A stretch of DNA of 64,000 bases from a virus: IMG/VR virus record IMGVR_UViG_3300024581_002111, positions 14,309 to 78,308 of that record; one strand, written 5' to 3'. How positions within the stretch are numbered: the first letter of the stretch is position 1; each line of letters starts with the position of its first letter. A program made the translations under genes and the position numbers. Below the pieces are notes generated by a model that saw only the letters and a program-made list of their open reading frames with translations, had not been told where the DNA came from and did not search any database. Of the stretch, positions 25,651 through 34,741 are shown piece by piece.

Positions 25651-26436
25651 TTACAGAAATATAGTTTCTTGTACCTCAGGCAATTGACCAGACGCTAGGT
25701 CTTTCATAAGTGCTAATCTATCATGACTACCTCGACTTCCGTGTATGTGTATAGCAAGCACATCCTTTAAGTCTATGGTGCCATTGAACTGATTGTTGGT
25801 ATACTGTCCTCCAGGTGTATACGGGGAGTGTAGCATTTGATATGCTAGTGGTGCTCGCCAAAAGTCTCCCACATGTGGGCTTTGACTCCACATCATTGCA
25901 TTGTAAACTATCTGTTCCGAATCCCAACGTTCTGGGTTCCAGTTGTCCAGCATTTCAAAACCAATGTCCCAAACACTCTGCATCATTTTATAAGGATAGT
26001 ATCTGATGCCGCAATTGAAAAAATGATCAAAAGAAATGTTGTAGTGATCGCAATGTGTTCTTGGTGGATCGGTAAGATTGTACATGGAGAACAAGTAAGT
26101 GGGCTCAAACCAAGTCCACGGCTTCATGAACACCACGTCTAGATCAGCATACAGTATGTTGTTGCCTTCAGACCAGAGATCATGTATCTCATAGAAATTT
26201 TGTTTGAATACGTCTCTGATGTTGTCTGCTTGACCTCTGAACACAACCACATCATCTAAACCGACTATGTTTTTTTCAGCAGTTGCTACGCAGATTTTTT
26301 CCATCTCTGCGTAGTTTTCAACTAAGTTGTTTTCATGACTGCGATCGTTGTACCACTTGGTGTGATCAGTGATGGTATAATTTTTAAGAACCAGAATGTT
26401 CTTTTTTGGCTTCCACCAAGGCTTAAAACTTATCAT
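25651..26436 (-). CDS. GT-A glycosyltransferase (nucleotide-diphospho-sugar transferase-like)
   Basis: ILYADLDVVF (DxD), FNCGI, DSEQ, HIHGSRG. Confidence 0.7.
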   Translation of the reverse strand: MISFKPWWKPKKNILVLKNYTITDHTKWYNDRSHENNLVENYAEMEKICVATAEKNIVGLDDVVVFRGQADNIRDVFKQNFYEIHDLWSEGNNILYADLDVVFMKPWTWFEPTYLFSMYNLTDPPRTHCDHYNISFDHFFNCGIRYYPYKMMQSVWDIGFEMLDNWNPERWDSEQIVYNAMMWSQSPHVGDFWRAPLAYQMLHSPYTPGGQYTNNQFNGTIDLKDVLAIHIHGSRGSHDRLALMKDLASGQLPEVQETIFL

Positions 26437-27073
26437 CGTATTTCCAGATGTTGTATTTGCCAATTGTGGCTACTTTGCTGTAGTTCAATGGCGTTAGCAC
26501 ATCATCTGTACGGTCATCATCCTCATGCTCAACTTTTATGCACACAACTGGTCTGTACAATTTGATAATATCCACAGATCCATCGAGAACATAGACTTCA
26601 AACCCTTCTACATCAATTTTGATAAAGTCAACACTTTGTTCAAAGTTGATGTCGTTGTCAAGTCCGCCGTCTTGTGCTAAAAAATCATCTAGGCATACTT
26701 GTGTGATTTTGTCCTCTGTGGGTTGTCTGACAACTTTGCCAGCACCTGAGTCTTCCTCGTCGATGAGTAAATCTGCTGATCCAAATCGCGGTCCAATAGC
26801 CAATCCGTGGTGCTCAATGTTGGGCTTGCCTGCTAAGTTAGCGTCCAAGCATTTGTACACATCGGGTACTGCTTCAAATGCAATCACTCTGTCAAAGTTA
26901 CCACACAGACGCTTGCTCCAGAATCCAACGTGTGCGCCCACATCAACTGCCACACTAAACTCGTCCAGCAGTTCTAGTACCTGTCTGTATTCTTCGATTT
27001 CGTATAACGGCTTATCAATAAATGCTTGACAAGTATCTGGGATAAGCATGTCTGAATCTTCAATTTTTTTCAT
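26423..27073 (-). CDS. FkbM-family methyltransferase
   Basis: VDVGAHVGFWS, AFEAVP, FIKIDVEGFE. Confidence 0.9.
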   Translation of the reverse strand: MKKIEDSDMLIPDTCQAFIDKPLYEIEEYRQVLELLDEFSVAVDVGAHVGFWSKRLCGNFDRVIAFEAVPDVYKCLDANLAGKPNIEHHGLAIGPRFGSADLLIDEEDSGAGKVVRQPTEDKITQVCLDDFLAQDGGLDNDINFEQSVDFIKIDVEGFEVYVLDGSVDIIKLYRPVVCIKVEHEDDDRTDDVLTPLNYSKVATIGKYNIWKYDDKF

Positions 27074-27102
27074 GTGTGTTCCTGTGTATGTGTTCTGTAT
27101 GA

Positions 27103-27110
27103 TATTTATA
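27103..27110 (-). promoter_or_regulatory. Late promoter
   Basis: TATAAATA, leader with AGGA. Confidence 0.65.
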
Positions 27111-27117
27111 AATTGTG

Positions 27118-27807
27118 CTAGAAGTCTTTCTGGAAGAATGGTCTTGTTTTTATGTATGCTATGAGGTCGTAATCTTGTTTGCGATACTCTTGTTCAAACC
27201 AAATACGATTCTGAGGAGAAATTTCATAGGACTGCTTTATTAAAAACAAATCTCTGCTTCTGCGCTTGAAAGGATCTGTGGGCATTTCAATATCATAAAT
27301 TGATTTCATTGCTTTGTTCATGTTGTTGATGTGAAATGCACTGATAACACGATGTTCGTTTTGTTGAAATTCTCCCAAACTGCCCAACCAAAAACACATA
27401 CTAGCAGTGAGTTCAAATAGACCCGGAGTACAATCCTGTGTCTGGCCGCCTTCTCGGATATAGGTGAGAAATTCGTTTGGTGTTTTGCAACGGTCTAAAA
27501 TATCTTCTTCTAAACTGCTGTATGCCTTATAGCCAAAACCTTTTACATCTTTATACTTTGTTTTGCTTAACTCCTGTCTTGCTGGCATAGTAACACGTTC
27601 CCAGAATCCACTGCAAAATCTATCCCACGGGTGCCTCACTATAAAACATGCATTGTTCATGCGATCGAGCTTTTGATTGTGCCCAGCGTTTGGCATCTGT
27701 ATTTTTGGTTGAGGTTTTTGTTGCTTGTTGTGTTCGTCTATCACATATTTTAATGCAGTGCCGCCGGTTTTAGGAATGTGTAAGTAGTTATGCGTTTCCC
27801 TGATCAT
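27118..27807 (-). CDS. Sulfotransferase family 2 protein
   Basis: LHIPKTGGTAL, VRHPWDRFCSGF. Confidence 0.75.
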   Translation of the reverse strand: MIRETHNYLHIPKTGGTALKYVIDEHNKQQKPQPKIQMPNAGHNQKLDRMNNACFIVRHPWDRFCSGFWERVTMPARQELSKTKYKDVKGFGYKAYSSLEEDILDRCKTPNEFLTYIREGGQTQDCTPGLFELTASMCFWLGSLGEFQQNEHRVISAFHINNMNKAMKSIYDIEMPTDPFKRRSRDLFLIKQSYEISPQNRIWFEQEYRKQDYDLIAYIKTRPFFQKDF

Positions 27808-28409
27808 GCTGTTTGAACCTTTAAACTTTGTGTGCTATGGTTGCCCTTTACAACCATCCAACTGGGGTACGGATCACTGGTTACAAACAGTTCAAGATTG
27901 TGTTCATCAACTAACTGTGCCACAGCCTGAATTACGCCATACACATGACCTTTTTGAGGGTTACCGTTACAGTAATCATGTCCCGCTAAAATGCCGCCAT
28001 CTCGAATCTTAGGATACCAAAAATCAATATCATTACTACAACCAGTGTAGCTGTGGTCAGCATCCAGATAAACAATGTCCACACTGTTATCATCGAATTG
28101 CTGGCTGGCTTTTTCGCTGACGTCTCTGATCAGTGTATGTCCCGAGTCTTCCAGTTTGCGAGATACCTGTTCTGCAAGTTTATCAAGTTTTTCCTGAGAC
28201 CCAAACTCGTGCCCTGGGTTTGAATTCATGCCTGGAAAAAGACGCAAAGGATCAACAGCATAAAATTGCTTTGGCTGAAGTCTATGGATCATGACATCAG
28301 CAAAATAACCTTGGTAAGTTCCTACTTCGATTGCTGTGTGTATTGGTCCTAGATACTCTTTGATGGCTATCATTAATCCGACACGGTCGAATTTAAACCT
28401 GTGAGACAT
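27804..28409 (-). CDS. Class I SAM methyltransferase (Methyltransf_24-like)
   Basis: IEVGTYQG, VYLDADHSY, GGILAGHDY. Confidence 0.85.
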   Translation of the reverse strand: MSHRFKFDRVGLMIAIKEYLGPIHTAIEVGTYQGYFADVMIHRLQPKQFYAVDPLRLFPGMNSNPGHEFGSQEKLDKLAEQVSRKLEDSGHTLIRDVSEKASQQFDDNSVDIVYLDADHSYTGCSNDIDFWYPKIRDGGILAGHDYCNGNPQKGHVYGVIQAVAQLVDEHNLELFVTSDPYPSWMVVKGNHSTQSLKVQTA

Positions 28410-28433
28410 ACATACTCCAAATTGCTTTTGTTG

Positions 28434-28441
28434 TATTTATA
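28434..28441 (-). promoter_or_regulatory. Late promoter
   Basis: TATAAATA, leader with GGAG. Confidence 0.65.
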
Positions 28442-28451
28442 AGGTTTTAGA

Positions 28452-29507
28452 CTATGCAACAAGAGTTAATGAATTTGCCATTGCTTGTTCGTAAAGTTGT
28501 TGGCTAGCCAAGTTCTTAGCCTTAGCCTCGCACTGAATGTCGAACTGTGGCCAAAAGCTGAGAGCCCATGCATTAACATCTGCATTGGGGAAATAGTCTG
28601 AATGTGCTCTCAGTTTTTGTTTCTTATGACCTTGTTCAAGAAGTCCCACGATATCATGCATGCCAGTGTGGGTATCATCACCAGCAGGTAGATGCTCGTC
28701 GCGACTGTAACTGTAATGCATAGCAGGGCGAACTCCACGCCAGCTGTCGATAACCGCTTTAACTCTGTCATCCTTGGGTTGTATGTATTCTTCATCTCGA
28801 ATCCAGTGGTGGTGTATGTCTAACACCAGAGCCACATGCTCCTTTAGTTTGAGAGACTCGTCTAAACCCCAACACATCTCGTCGTTTTCTATGGTAATAG
28901 TATTTAGTGCCTCGGGACTGAGTTTAGGCAATGCTTTGATGATACCTTCGGCACCTTGCCTACCTGAGATATGCACATTGATCTTGAAGTCTTGGAACTG
29001 TTTGCCATAGCCCATCCAACGAGCCATGTTCACATGATATTCAAATTCGTCAATACTGCGTTCTACAATATCTGGCTTATCGCTAGCAAGAACACAAAAC
29101 TGCCCGGGGTGAAAACTAACACGAACATCAAGATCACGAGCGGCCTGGCCCACCAAGGCGAAGCCTCGTTCAAGCTCTTTAACCACTGTAGGATCTTCCC
29201 ACATGTAACGCCAAGTCGGCTCTGTTGCCATAGGGATTTGATTACTGCCAAGTCTTACCATCCTTCTGTTTTCGGGTAACCCGCCAACGTATTTAACCAA
29301 ATTGAGTGCACTTTGCATGTTGTGTGTGACAATATCCAACATGCGTTGTTCAGCAACACTCTTGTCTTGTCTGTTCATCCAGGCCACAGTGGTCTGCTTC
29401 TCTGTGAAATTTTGTTGTATTTCTTTGAGAACTTTTGGCTTTTGCGTCTGATCAGGGTCTAGGTACTTGCAACAAAAACCTAACCGTTGAATAGTTTGAT
29501 CAAACAT
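28452..29507 (-). CDS. uvsE: UV-damage endonuclease UvsE/UVDE
   Basis: RLGS, SFHPGQF, IENDE, LDIHHHW, AHSD, CEAKAKN. Confidence 0.92.
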   Translation of the reverse strand: MFDQTIQRLGFCCKYLDPDQTQKPKVLKEIQQNFTEKQTTVAWMNRQDKSVAEQRMLDIVTHNMQSALNLVKYVGGLPENRRMVRLGSNQIPMATEPTWRYMWEDPTVVKELERGFALVGQAARDLDVRVSFHPGQFCVLASDKPDIVERSIDEFEYHVNMARWMGYGKQFQDFKINVHISGRQGAEGIIKALPKLSPEALNTITIENDEMCWGLDESLKLKEHVALVLDIHHHWIRDEEYIQPKDDRVKAVIDSWRGVRPAMHYSYSRDEHLPAGDDTHTGMHDIVGLLEQGHKKQKLRAHSDYFPNADVNAWALSFWPQFDIQCEAKAKNLASQQLYEQAMANSLTLVA

Positions 29508-29509
29508 GT

Positions 29510-29797
29510 TTACTCCTTGGGTATCTTGTGCTTAAATAAATTTAATGCAGAGTTTACACTATCTGCTACGTTGTTGTCAACCTCGAGCTCACTGATGGGT
29601 ATAACAGGCAACACTACTGCATTTAGGATAAATATTAAATGTTGCGTCAGTTCGGGCACAGTTTTATCTGCTACAGCAACAGGCGTTCGATCAAAGTCAA
29701 TAACCTCACCTAGGTCATTGGTGTACACACGGTGTATTGCAACCGTGTTATCTTTGTGTTGTATTACTCGATACAGTGATATGCCAGTGTCAATCAT
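29510..29797 (-). CDS. Conserved phage hypothetical protein
   Basis: YRVI...IHRVY...PV...EL...LPVI pattern, directly behind a sigma70 promoter. Confidence 0.6.
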   Translation of the reverse strand: MIDTGISLYRVIQHKDNTVAIHRVYTNDLGEVIDFDRTPVAVADKTVPELTQHLIFILNAVVLPVIPISELEVDNNVADSVNSALNLFKHKIPKE

Positions 29798-29803
29798 AAT
29801 GTA

Positions 29804-29831
29804 ATTATACGATATTTATAAACATTGTCAA
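29804..29831 (-). promoter_or_regulatory. sigma70-type promoter with TATAAATA in its spacer
   Basis: TTGACA-N16-TATAAT, 6 nt before ATG 29797. Confidence 0.75.
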
Positions 29832-29841
29832 GCACTTATTT

Positions 29842-29849
29842 GATAAATA
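29842..29849 (+). promoter_or_regulatory. Late promoter for the virion operon
   Basis: GATAAATA. Confidence 0.7.
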
Positions 29850-29883
29850 GTTGTGTATTAACGCTCACAGTATGGAGATTACA

Positions 29884-30489
29884 ATGGCCACAGTAAAAAA
29901 ATACAATCTAGCCGGGCTTAACGCAAATGTTGAGTTAGGCAAAAGAGGATCTTATATCACAGGTACTGCCAACGAAGTTGGTTTTTACGCTAACGGCGGT
30001 GCTTTACAAAAACTTAGAATTGCAAACGCTACCGTGTCAACTGAAGCAATCACAAAAGCTCAGTTAGATGCAGTGTCAGCAGACTTACTACAGCATGTCA
30101 CAGTCGACTTCGACTACAACAGCGGTAGCAGTAACATTGCAACAGTTAGTGCAGGCACAAGAGTTATCAGTGTAACAGTTGATATCCCAAGTGCATGGAC
30201 TGCTCCAAACAACACAGGCACTTACATTGAAGTAGGTGATGCCTCGAATGGTTCACGCTTTATTCGTTCACAAGACGTAGACGTATTAAAAGTAGGTCAG
30301 TACCATTCACAATACCAATATGAATATTCAGCAGAAGGTGTGCTTTCATTAGACATCACACAAGGCAGTGCTAGTGCAGGCACAGGCACAGTCAGTGTTG
30401 TGTTAGCAAGTGACAGTATTTCTGTAACAGATTACGGTTCAATCACAGCATCACAAAACAGCAACAGCGATCTCGGTAACATTAGTTAA
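29884..30489 (+). CDS. Virion decoration-like protein
   Basis: Start MATVKKY with GGAG. Carries the VELGK.G...ITKAQLDA module and a beta-sandwich-like C module. Confidence 0.65.
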   Translation: MATVKKYNLAGLNANVELGKRGSYITGTANEVGFYANGGALQKLRIANATVSTEAITKAQLDAVSADLLQHVTVDFDYNSGSSNIATVSAGTRVISVTVDIPSAWTAPNNTGTYIEVGDASNGSRFIRSQDVDVLKVGQYHSQYQYEYSAEGVLSLDITQGSASAGTGTVSVVLASDSISVTDYGSITASQNSNSDLGNIS

Positions 30490-30501
30490 TAGGAGTATAC
30501 A

Positions 30502-31053
30502 ATGGTAGATTCAGTAAAACAATATGGTACTGCTGGCGTTGGCGCAACTGTTGAATTAGGCAAAGGTGGTAACAAAATTGTTGGCGGTGCCAGCAATGTA
30601 CAGTTACAAAAAGCCGATGGTTCATTACAGACTGCTAAAATTGCAAATGCTACTTCGGTAGCACATGCTGTTACCAAGGCACAATTTGAAGCGGCAACAG
30701 GTACCAGAGTACAAAGCATATCAGAAACTGTTACGTTTGATGGCGGTAACCAATTTCTGTTCACGGTACCAGCAAATTCAAAAATTCTCAGCACCATGAT
30801 TGAGAAAACAAGTGGTAACTGGCTGAACTACACCAGCAACACAAACATTGTTGTAGGTGATGTTTCAGATCCAGATAGATTGTTTGGCATTGGTTTTACA
30901 CCCGATGGAACACAATATATCGATGAAACTAATCACGTGTACACAGCCGAAACTGAACTTTATGCAAATGTAACAGCAGGCGGTGCTACAACAGGTTCAG
31001 CAACTGTGAGAATCATGTTGAGTGGTTCAGAAGTAGATCAGACAGCACCATAA
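30502..31053 (+). CDS. Virion decoration-like protein, paralog of 29884
   Basis: VELGKGG...VTKAQFEA, VGDVSDPDRL, GGATTGSATV. Confidence 0.65.
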   Translation: MVDSVKQYGTAGVGATVELGKGGNKIVGGASNVQLQKADGSLQTAKIANATSVAHAVTKAQFEAATGTRVQSISETVTFDGGNQFLFTVPANSKILSTMIEKTSGNWLNYTSNTNIVVGDVSDPDRLFGIGFTPDGTQYIDETNHVYTAETELYANVTAGGATTGSATVRIMLSGSEVDQTAP

Positions 31054-31066
31054 AAAGGCACAGTAA

Positions 31067-32329
31067 ATGAAGATTTTGGAAGTAGGAACAGATTGGGATA
31101 ATCTCGATTGGGGTAACATGAGCAAAGCAGAGTTCAAGCGCAAAGAGCTTGAATGGGAATTGCGTCATGAAAAAGATACTGTGGAACAGGGTCCTTTCTA
31201 TGTTTACTCTGGAAAGGACTCAAACTCCAAGCGTTTAATCAAAGCCAAGGATGGTGTCCCTTTCCGTTTCTCTACCAAGCAGTCAGCATACAAGGCCATA
31301 GACAAAATGAGAGCAAAGCCTTTTAACAAAGGCAAAGAATTTTGGATCAGCACAAAGATGGAAGAAGCCGGCAAGTACGGCAATCCAGAAAAAGGTGTGC
31401 AAGTTCGAACCACACAAAAACCCAAAAAACACAAGCCAGTAACTGGTCACCAGAGTCCGCATCCAATGCAGGGAAAACTGGTCGGTGAAGCAGACGAGCC
31501 AAAAGATAAAAGTGCTAGAGCTAAATTAGATCTTAATTTAAGAGACCGAGGACACAAAGTAGAACCAGACAAGAAAAAAGCGTTAAAGAAAGGCGAAGTC
31601 AAACATCGTAAAAGTCTGTACCAAGAAATGATAGACTTGGAAGAAGGACCATTGGTTCTGAATCGTGACTCTGATTTAAGAGGCATGTTAGACACCATAC
31701 TGAAAAGTTGGTTATCACAAGGCGACCATTCAGACGAAGAATATGCTCGATTACTAAAAGCAATGGGTTACCGCATGGAAAAGACCGGCAACCGCACAAC
31801 ACTGATCAAGGAAGCCGCAATGCGTGACTGTCCTTGTTGTGACGGCGGCAAAGGTGCTTGTTCACACGGTAAAGTCAAGTGTGGTACATGCAATGGCACA
31901 GGCAAGGTGCCAGCAGATTTTGAAACAGAAGAATTTCCCTTAGAAGAAGCGCCGGGTGCTATTCGCAAGGGCATAGCCGCAGTTGCCATAATTGCAAGTT
32001 TATGGGGTGTCAACAATAACATGGCACAAAAAGCATATGATGCTAGTCCACAACTGCAAAAGCTCACAGCATATCTCGAAGTAGCAAAACAGCACAACGA
32101 TCAGCGCATGATTGATCAACTTGAACAACGTATAGAAAATCACAAGTTACGCCTAGATTTAGGCAAAGGTGATGTGATGGGTAAGGACGGACGTCCTATT
32201 AACGTTGTTTACGACAAAGACGTTGACGAAGCAAAACAACGTTTAGATCCTAAGTGCTGGAAGGGCTATAAAAAACAGGGTACTAAAATGAAAGGCGGAG
32301 TTAGAGTAAATAACTGTGTACCTAAGTAA
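31067..32329 (+). CDS. Modular internal-head-type protein
   Basis: Modules separated by hydrophobic-x-E sites, DnaJ-like CxxCxGxG motifs, terminal CWKGY..GxKxKG..VNNCVPK. Confidence 0.6.
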   Translation: MKILEVGTDWDNLDWGNMSKAEFKRKELEWELRHEKDTVEQGPFYVYSGKDSNSKRLIKAKDGVPFRFSTKQSAYKAIDKMRAKPFNKGKEFWISTKMEEAGKYGNPEKGVQVRTTQKPKKHKPVTGHQSPHPMQGKLVGEADEPKDKSARAKLDLNLRDRGHKVEPDKKKALKKGEVKHRKSLYQEMIDLEEGPLVLNRDSDLRGMLDTILKSWLSQGDHSDEEYARLLKAMGYRMEKTGNRTTLIKEAAMRDCPCCDGGKGACSHGKVKCGTCNGTGKVPADFETEEFPLEEAPGAIRKGIAAVAIIASLWGVNNNMAQKAYDASPQLQKLTAYLEVAKQHNDQRMIDQLEQRIENHKLRLDLGKGDVMGKDGRPINVVYDKDVDEAKQRLDPKCWKGYKKQGTKMKGGVRVNNCVPK

Positions 32330-32355
32330 TTAGAGTACTTTTATAAGGAGAAATT

Positions 32356-32544
32356 ATGAATTATTTAATGATTGCAAAAGATTGGATTAAAGCAAGACTA
32401 GCAGAAAGAACATCATGGGACGGTGGCGTCATCATTGGTGTTAGTCTTCTTGCTTTAGCGGCAAGTCCGTTAATCAAGTGGGCAGCCTGGGGCGGCCTAG
32501 CATACGGAGCATGGACATTGTGGAAAGCAGAATCCGCAAAGTAA
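32356..32544 (+). CDS. Small two-TM membrane protein (holin-like)
   Basis: AAGGAG SD. WIKARLAERTSWDG followed by two TM segments. Confidence 0.65.
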   Translation: MNYLMIAKDWIKARLAERTSWDGGVIIGVSLLALAASPLIKWAAWGGLAYGAWTLWKAESAK

Positions 32545-32930
32545 TTTCATTTACCTTTCTCACTGCACTGCTGTTAATACCAGGGTGCAGTGATTATTCC
32601 TCAACCGGCAAAGACGGTTACAAGTTCGAAGAAAAAGAATACGAAAAACTAGACATAGAAGTCAGTATAATAGTTTTACAAAATCAAGCAGAATTCAACA
32701 AGCAAGCCAAAATTTGGGCACCGGGCGTAGAAGGCCTACAAGCATTTGGCAGACTCCAACCTAAACTTAATCGATGCATCATATATGTAAAAGATCCCGA
32801 TTGGCAGTATCATCCTGAGTGGATGGGGCACGAACTGGCACACTGCATCTGGGGCAGATGGCATCAAGGTATCAATGCAAAGCAAGCCGCACAAGGTCAC
32901 AGACCTGAAACAGTTAAACCAAACAAATAA
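32511..32930 (+). CDS. Predicted lipoprotein with an HExxH motif
   Basis: LLLIPG-C lipobox-like site, MGHELAHCIWG. Start uncertain (32511 or 32520). Confidence 0.55.
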   Translation: MDIVESRIRKVISFTFLTALLLIPGCSDYSSTGKDGYKFEEKEYEKLDIEVSIIVLQNQAEFNKQAKIWAPGVEGLQAFGRLQPKLNRCIIYVKDPDWQYHPEWMGHELAHCIWGRWHQGINAKQAAQGHRPETVKPNK

Positions 32931-32966
32931 CACTGGTAAATAGACACATCAAAAAGGAGACACACA

Positions 32967-33110
32967 ATGGCTAAAGCAATCGGTGCATTCGCTAACAAAC
33001 ATGACGGAATCAAAAAAGGCACATCAATTGGTCGCAGACCAAAAAGCATGAGCACAATGAACAAGTCCAAGAAGCGAGGCTATAAAAAATATCGCGGGCA
33101 GGGAAAATAA
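32967..33110 (+). CDS. 47-aa highly basic protein ending KKYRGQGK (not in track)
   Basis: GGTAAATA at 32935-42 and AAGGAGA upstream. MAKAIGAFANKHDGIKKGTSIGRRPKSMSTMNKSKKRGYKKYRGQGK. Confidence 0.85.
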   Translation: MAKAIGAFANKHDGIKKGTSIGRRPKSMSTMNKSKKRGYKKYRGQGK

Positions 33111-33118
33111 TCTTTTCT

Positions 33119-33126
33119 GATAAATA
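33119..33126 (+). promoter_or_regulatory. Late promoter
   Basis: GATAAATA. Confidence 0.7.
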
Positions 33127-33151
33127 CTAACATACAGTTAGGAAGAAGATT

Positions 33152-34072
33152 ATGAAGATTTCAGATTTCTCTGAGAAGATAGATCTAAAAAAAGCAGACA
33201 TGGGCGATGTAGTAACAGACTTTTACAAGTCTGATGCTCCACAGTTCATTGGCAAAAGCAAAAAGAAAAGACGACAAATGGCTATTGCGGCCAAGTTGTC
33301 TGCTAACGAGTCTACAGGTGATCTACACGATAGATTATACGATTTGGAAGCCGCACTGAGAAGTGCTAGAGAAATCACAAAGCAAATCAAATACGCTGAC
33401 ACCCACATGACTGTAATTGGTGAACTAGAAGCACTAGCAGAAAAAGTTGGCCTCAAGTTAGACGACTATGATGTGCGTCAAGTTTATCAAGCAAACAACA
33501 ATTTAGAAAGTGCTGTATACGAATTAGAAGCCGCTTTTGAAGAAGCAATCAGAGATATCCAAAACCAAATTGACGATGCCGAATATGAAGAGAGCGCACC
33601 CGAAGGTCCATATCCAAGCCAGATGAGCGATGCAGAACTAGCAGATTATATTGGTGCTAGTGAAGAGGAAGTTCGTGCAGACAGAGAAGGCGCAGAAGAA
33701 GTTGCAAACGACAAGAGTCGCGATTATATGCACGAAGAAGACGAATCAACGTTTGAGTGCGACGATGAGTTTTTTGAAGCCTTTGGATGGATTGAAGATA
33801 ATTTAGAAGAAGCAGAATACAGAGGACGCAAAGTCAAACTTAACAAGCCTATGCAAGGCGATGTTAAAAAATTCAAAGTGTATGTGAAAGATCCTAAAAC
33901 TGGCAATGTGAAAAAAGTAAACTTTGGTCACGGCGGTAGCAGTGTCAAAGGCAAAGCAATGAAGATTCGTAAAAACAATCCTAAGGCTCGCAAGAGTTTC
34001 CGTGCTAGACACAACTGCGATAATCCAGGGCCAAAAACAAAGGCACGTTACTGGTCTTGTAGGAAGTGGTAG
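33152..34072 (+). CDS. Modular internal-head-type protein with DUF6321-like basic C-terminus (from recollection)
   Basis: SDAPQF.GKSK..R..MAIAA module and KFKVYVKDPKTGNVKKVNFG...SFRARHNC...ARYWSC. Confidence 0.65.
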   Translation: MKISDFSEKIDLKKADMGDVVTDFYKSDAPQFIGKSKKKRRQMAIAAKLSANESTGDLHDRLYDLEAALRSAREITKQIKYADTHMTVIGELEALAEKVGLKLDDYDVRQVYQANNNLESAVYELEAAFEEAIRDIQNQIDDAEYEESAPEGPYPSQMSDAELADYIGASEEEVRADREGAEEVANDKSRDYMHEEDESTFECDDEFFEAFGWIEDNLEEAEYRGRKVKLNKPMQGDVKKFKVYVKDPKTGNVKKVNFGHGGSSVKGKAMKIRKNNPKARKSFRARHNCDNPGPKTKARYWSCRKW

Positions 34073-34090
34073 TATAGAAGGTTAGGTAGT

Positions 34091-34723
34091 ATGAAACTAG
34101 CCATCACAGACAACCAATTTTCTCCGCAAGCATACATCACAAAGCCCTTATTTGACGAAGAAGTTTTAGGTTGGAGTATGAAATACTTTGACAAAGACGG
34201 ATTCGAAATCAATCACCTCGAACAGGTGTACTACAAAAATTCAAAAATAGACATCAGCCAGGAACATCTGTTTCACGTAGCCAATCACGTTGACTGGATT
34301 GTGGATACAGAAAAATCTGATATGGGTTGTGTTGTGGATCACAGCATGATCAGCACACGTTGGGCATTTGACGGCGAAGCAAAAGAGCAACTTATCAGAC
34401 TCAGTGAACAAAAACCCACACTGAATAAACTGTTAGCCATACGTCCTAAGTGGGGCATAGACTTCAGTTTAGACTATGTGTACCCTGGTGGATGCATGGA
34501 ACTGTTTCACATTGAAGCAGACTACTGGACTTACGAAGAGGCAGTAGAAGGCAAACTCAAAGCAGAAGAATTGATCATGAACACCGACTGGCACACACAA
34601 GCAGTAAGAGTGCAACAGAAGAAAAATTCTTGGCAACACCTTAATGCAGATGATCAAGCAGACTGGAAAGCACAGTTCTTTGGCTGGAACAGAGCATTCG
34701 ATAACTACAAAGTGTTCTCATAA
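34091..34723 (+). CDS. Hypothetical protein
   Basis: Long ORF with typical codon usage, containing RPKWGIDFSLDY. Confidence 0.65.
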   Translation: MKLAITDNQFSPQAYITKPLFDEEVLGWSMKYFDKDGFEINHLEQVYYKNSKIDISQEHLFHVANHVDWIVDTEKSDMGCVVDHSMISTRWAFDGEAKEQLIRLSEQKPTLNKLLAIRPKWGIDFSLDYVYPGGCMELFHIEADYWTYEEAVEGKLKAEELIMNTDWHTQAVRVQQKKNSWQHLNADDQADWKAQFFGWNRAFDNYKVFS

Positions 34724-34728
34724 ATGCA

Positions 34729-34736
34729 AATAAATA
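34729..34736 (+). promoter_or_regulatory. Late promoter, 5 nt before ATG 34742
   Basis: AATAAATA-gttgc-ATG. Confidence 0.55.
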
Positions 34737-34741
34737 GTTGC

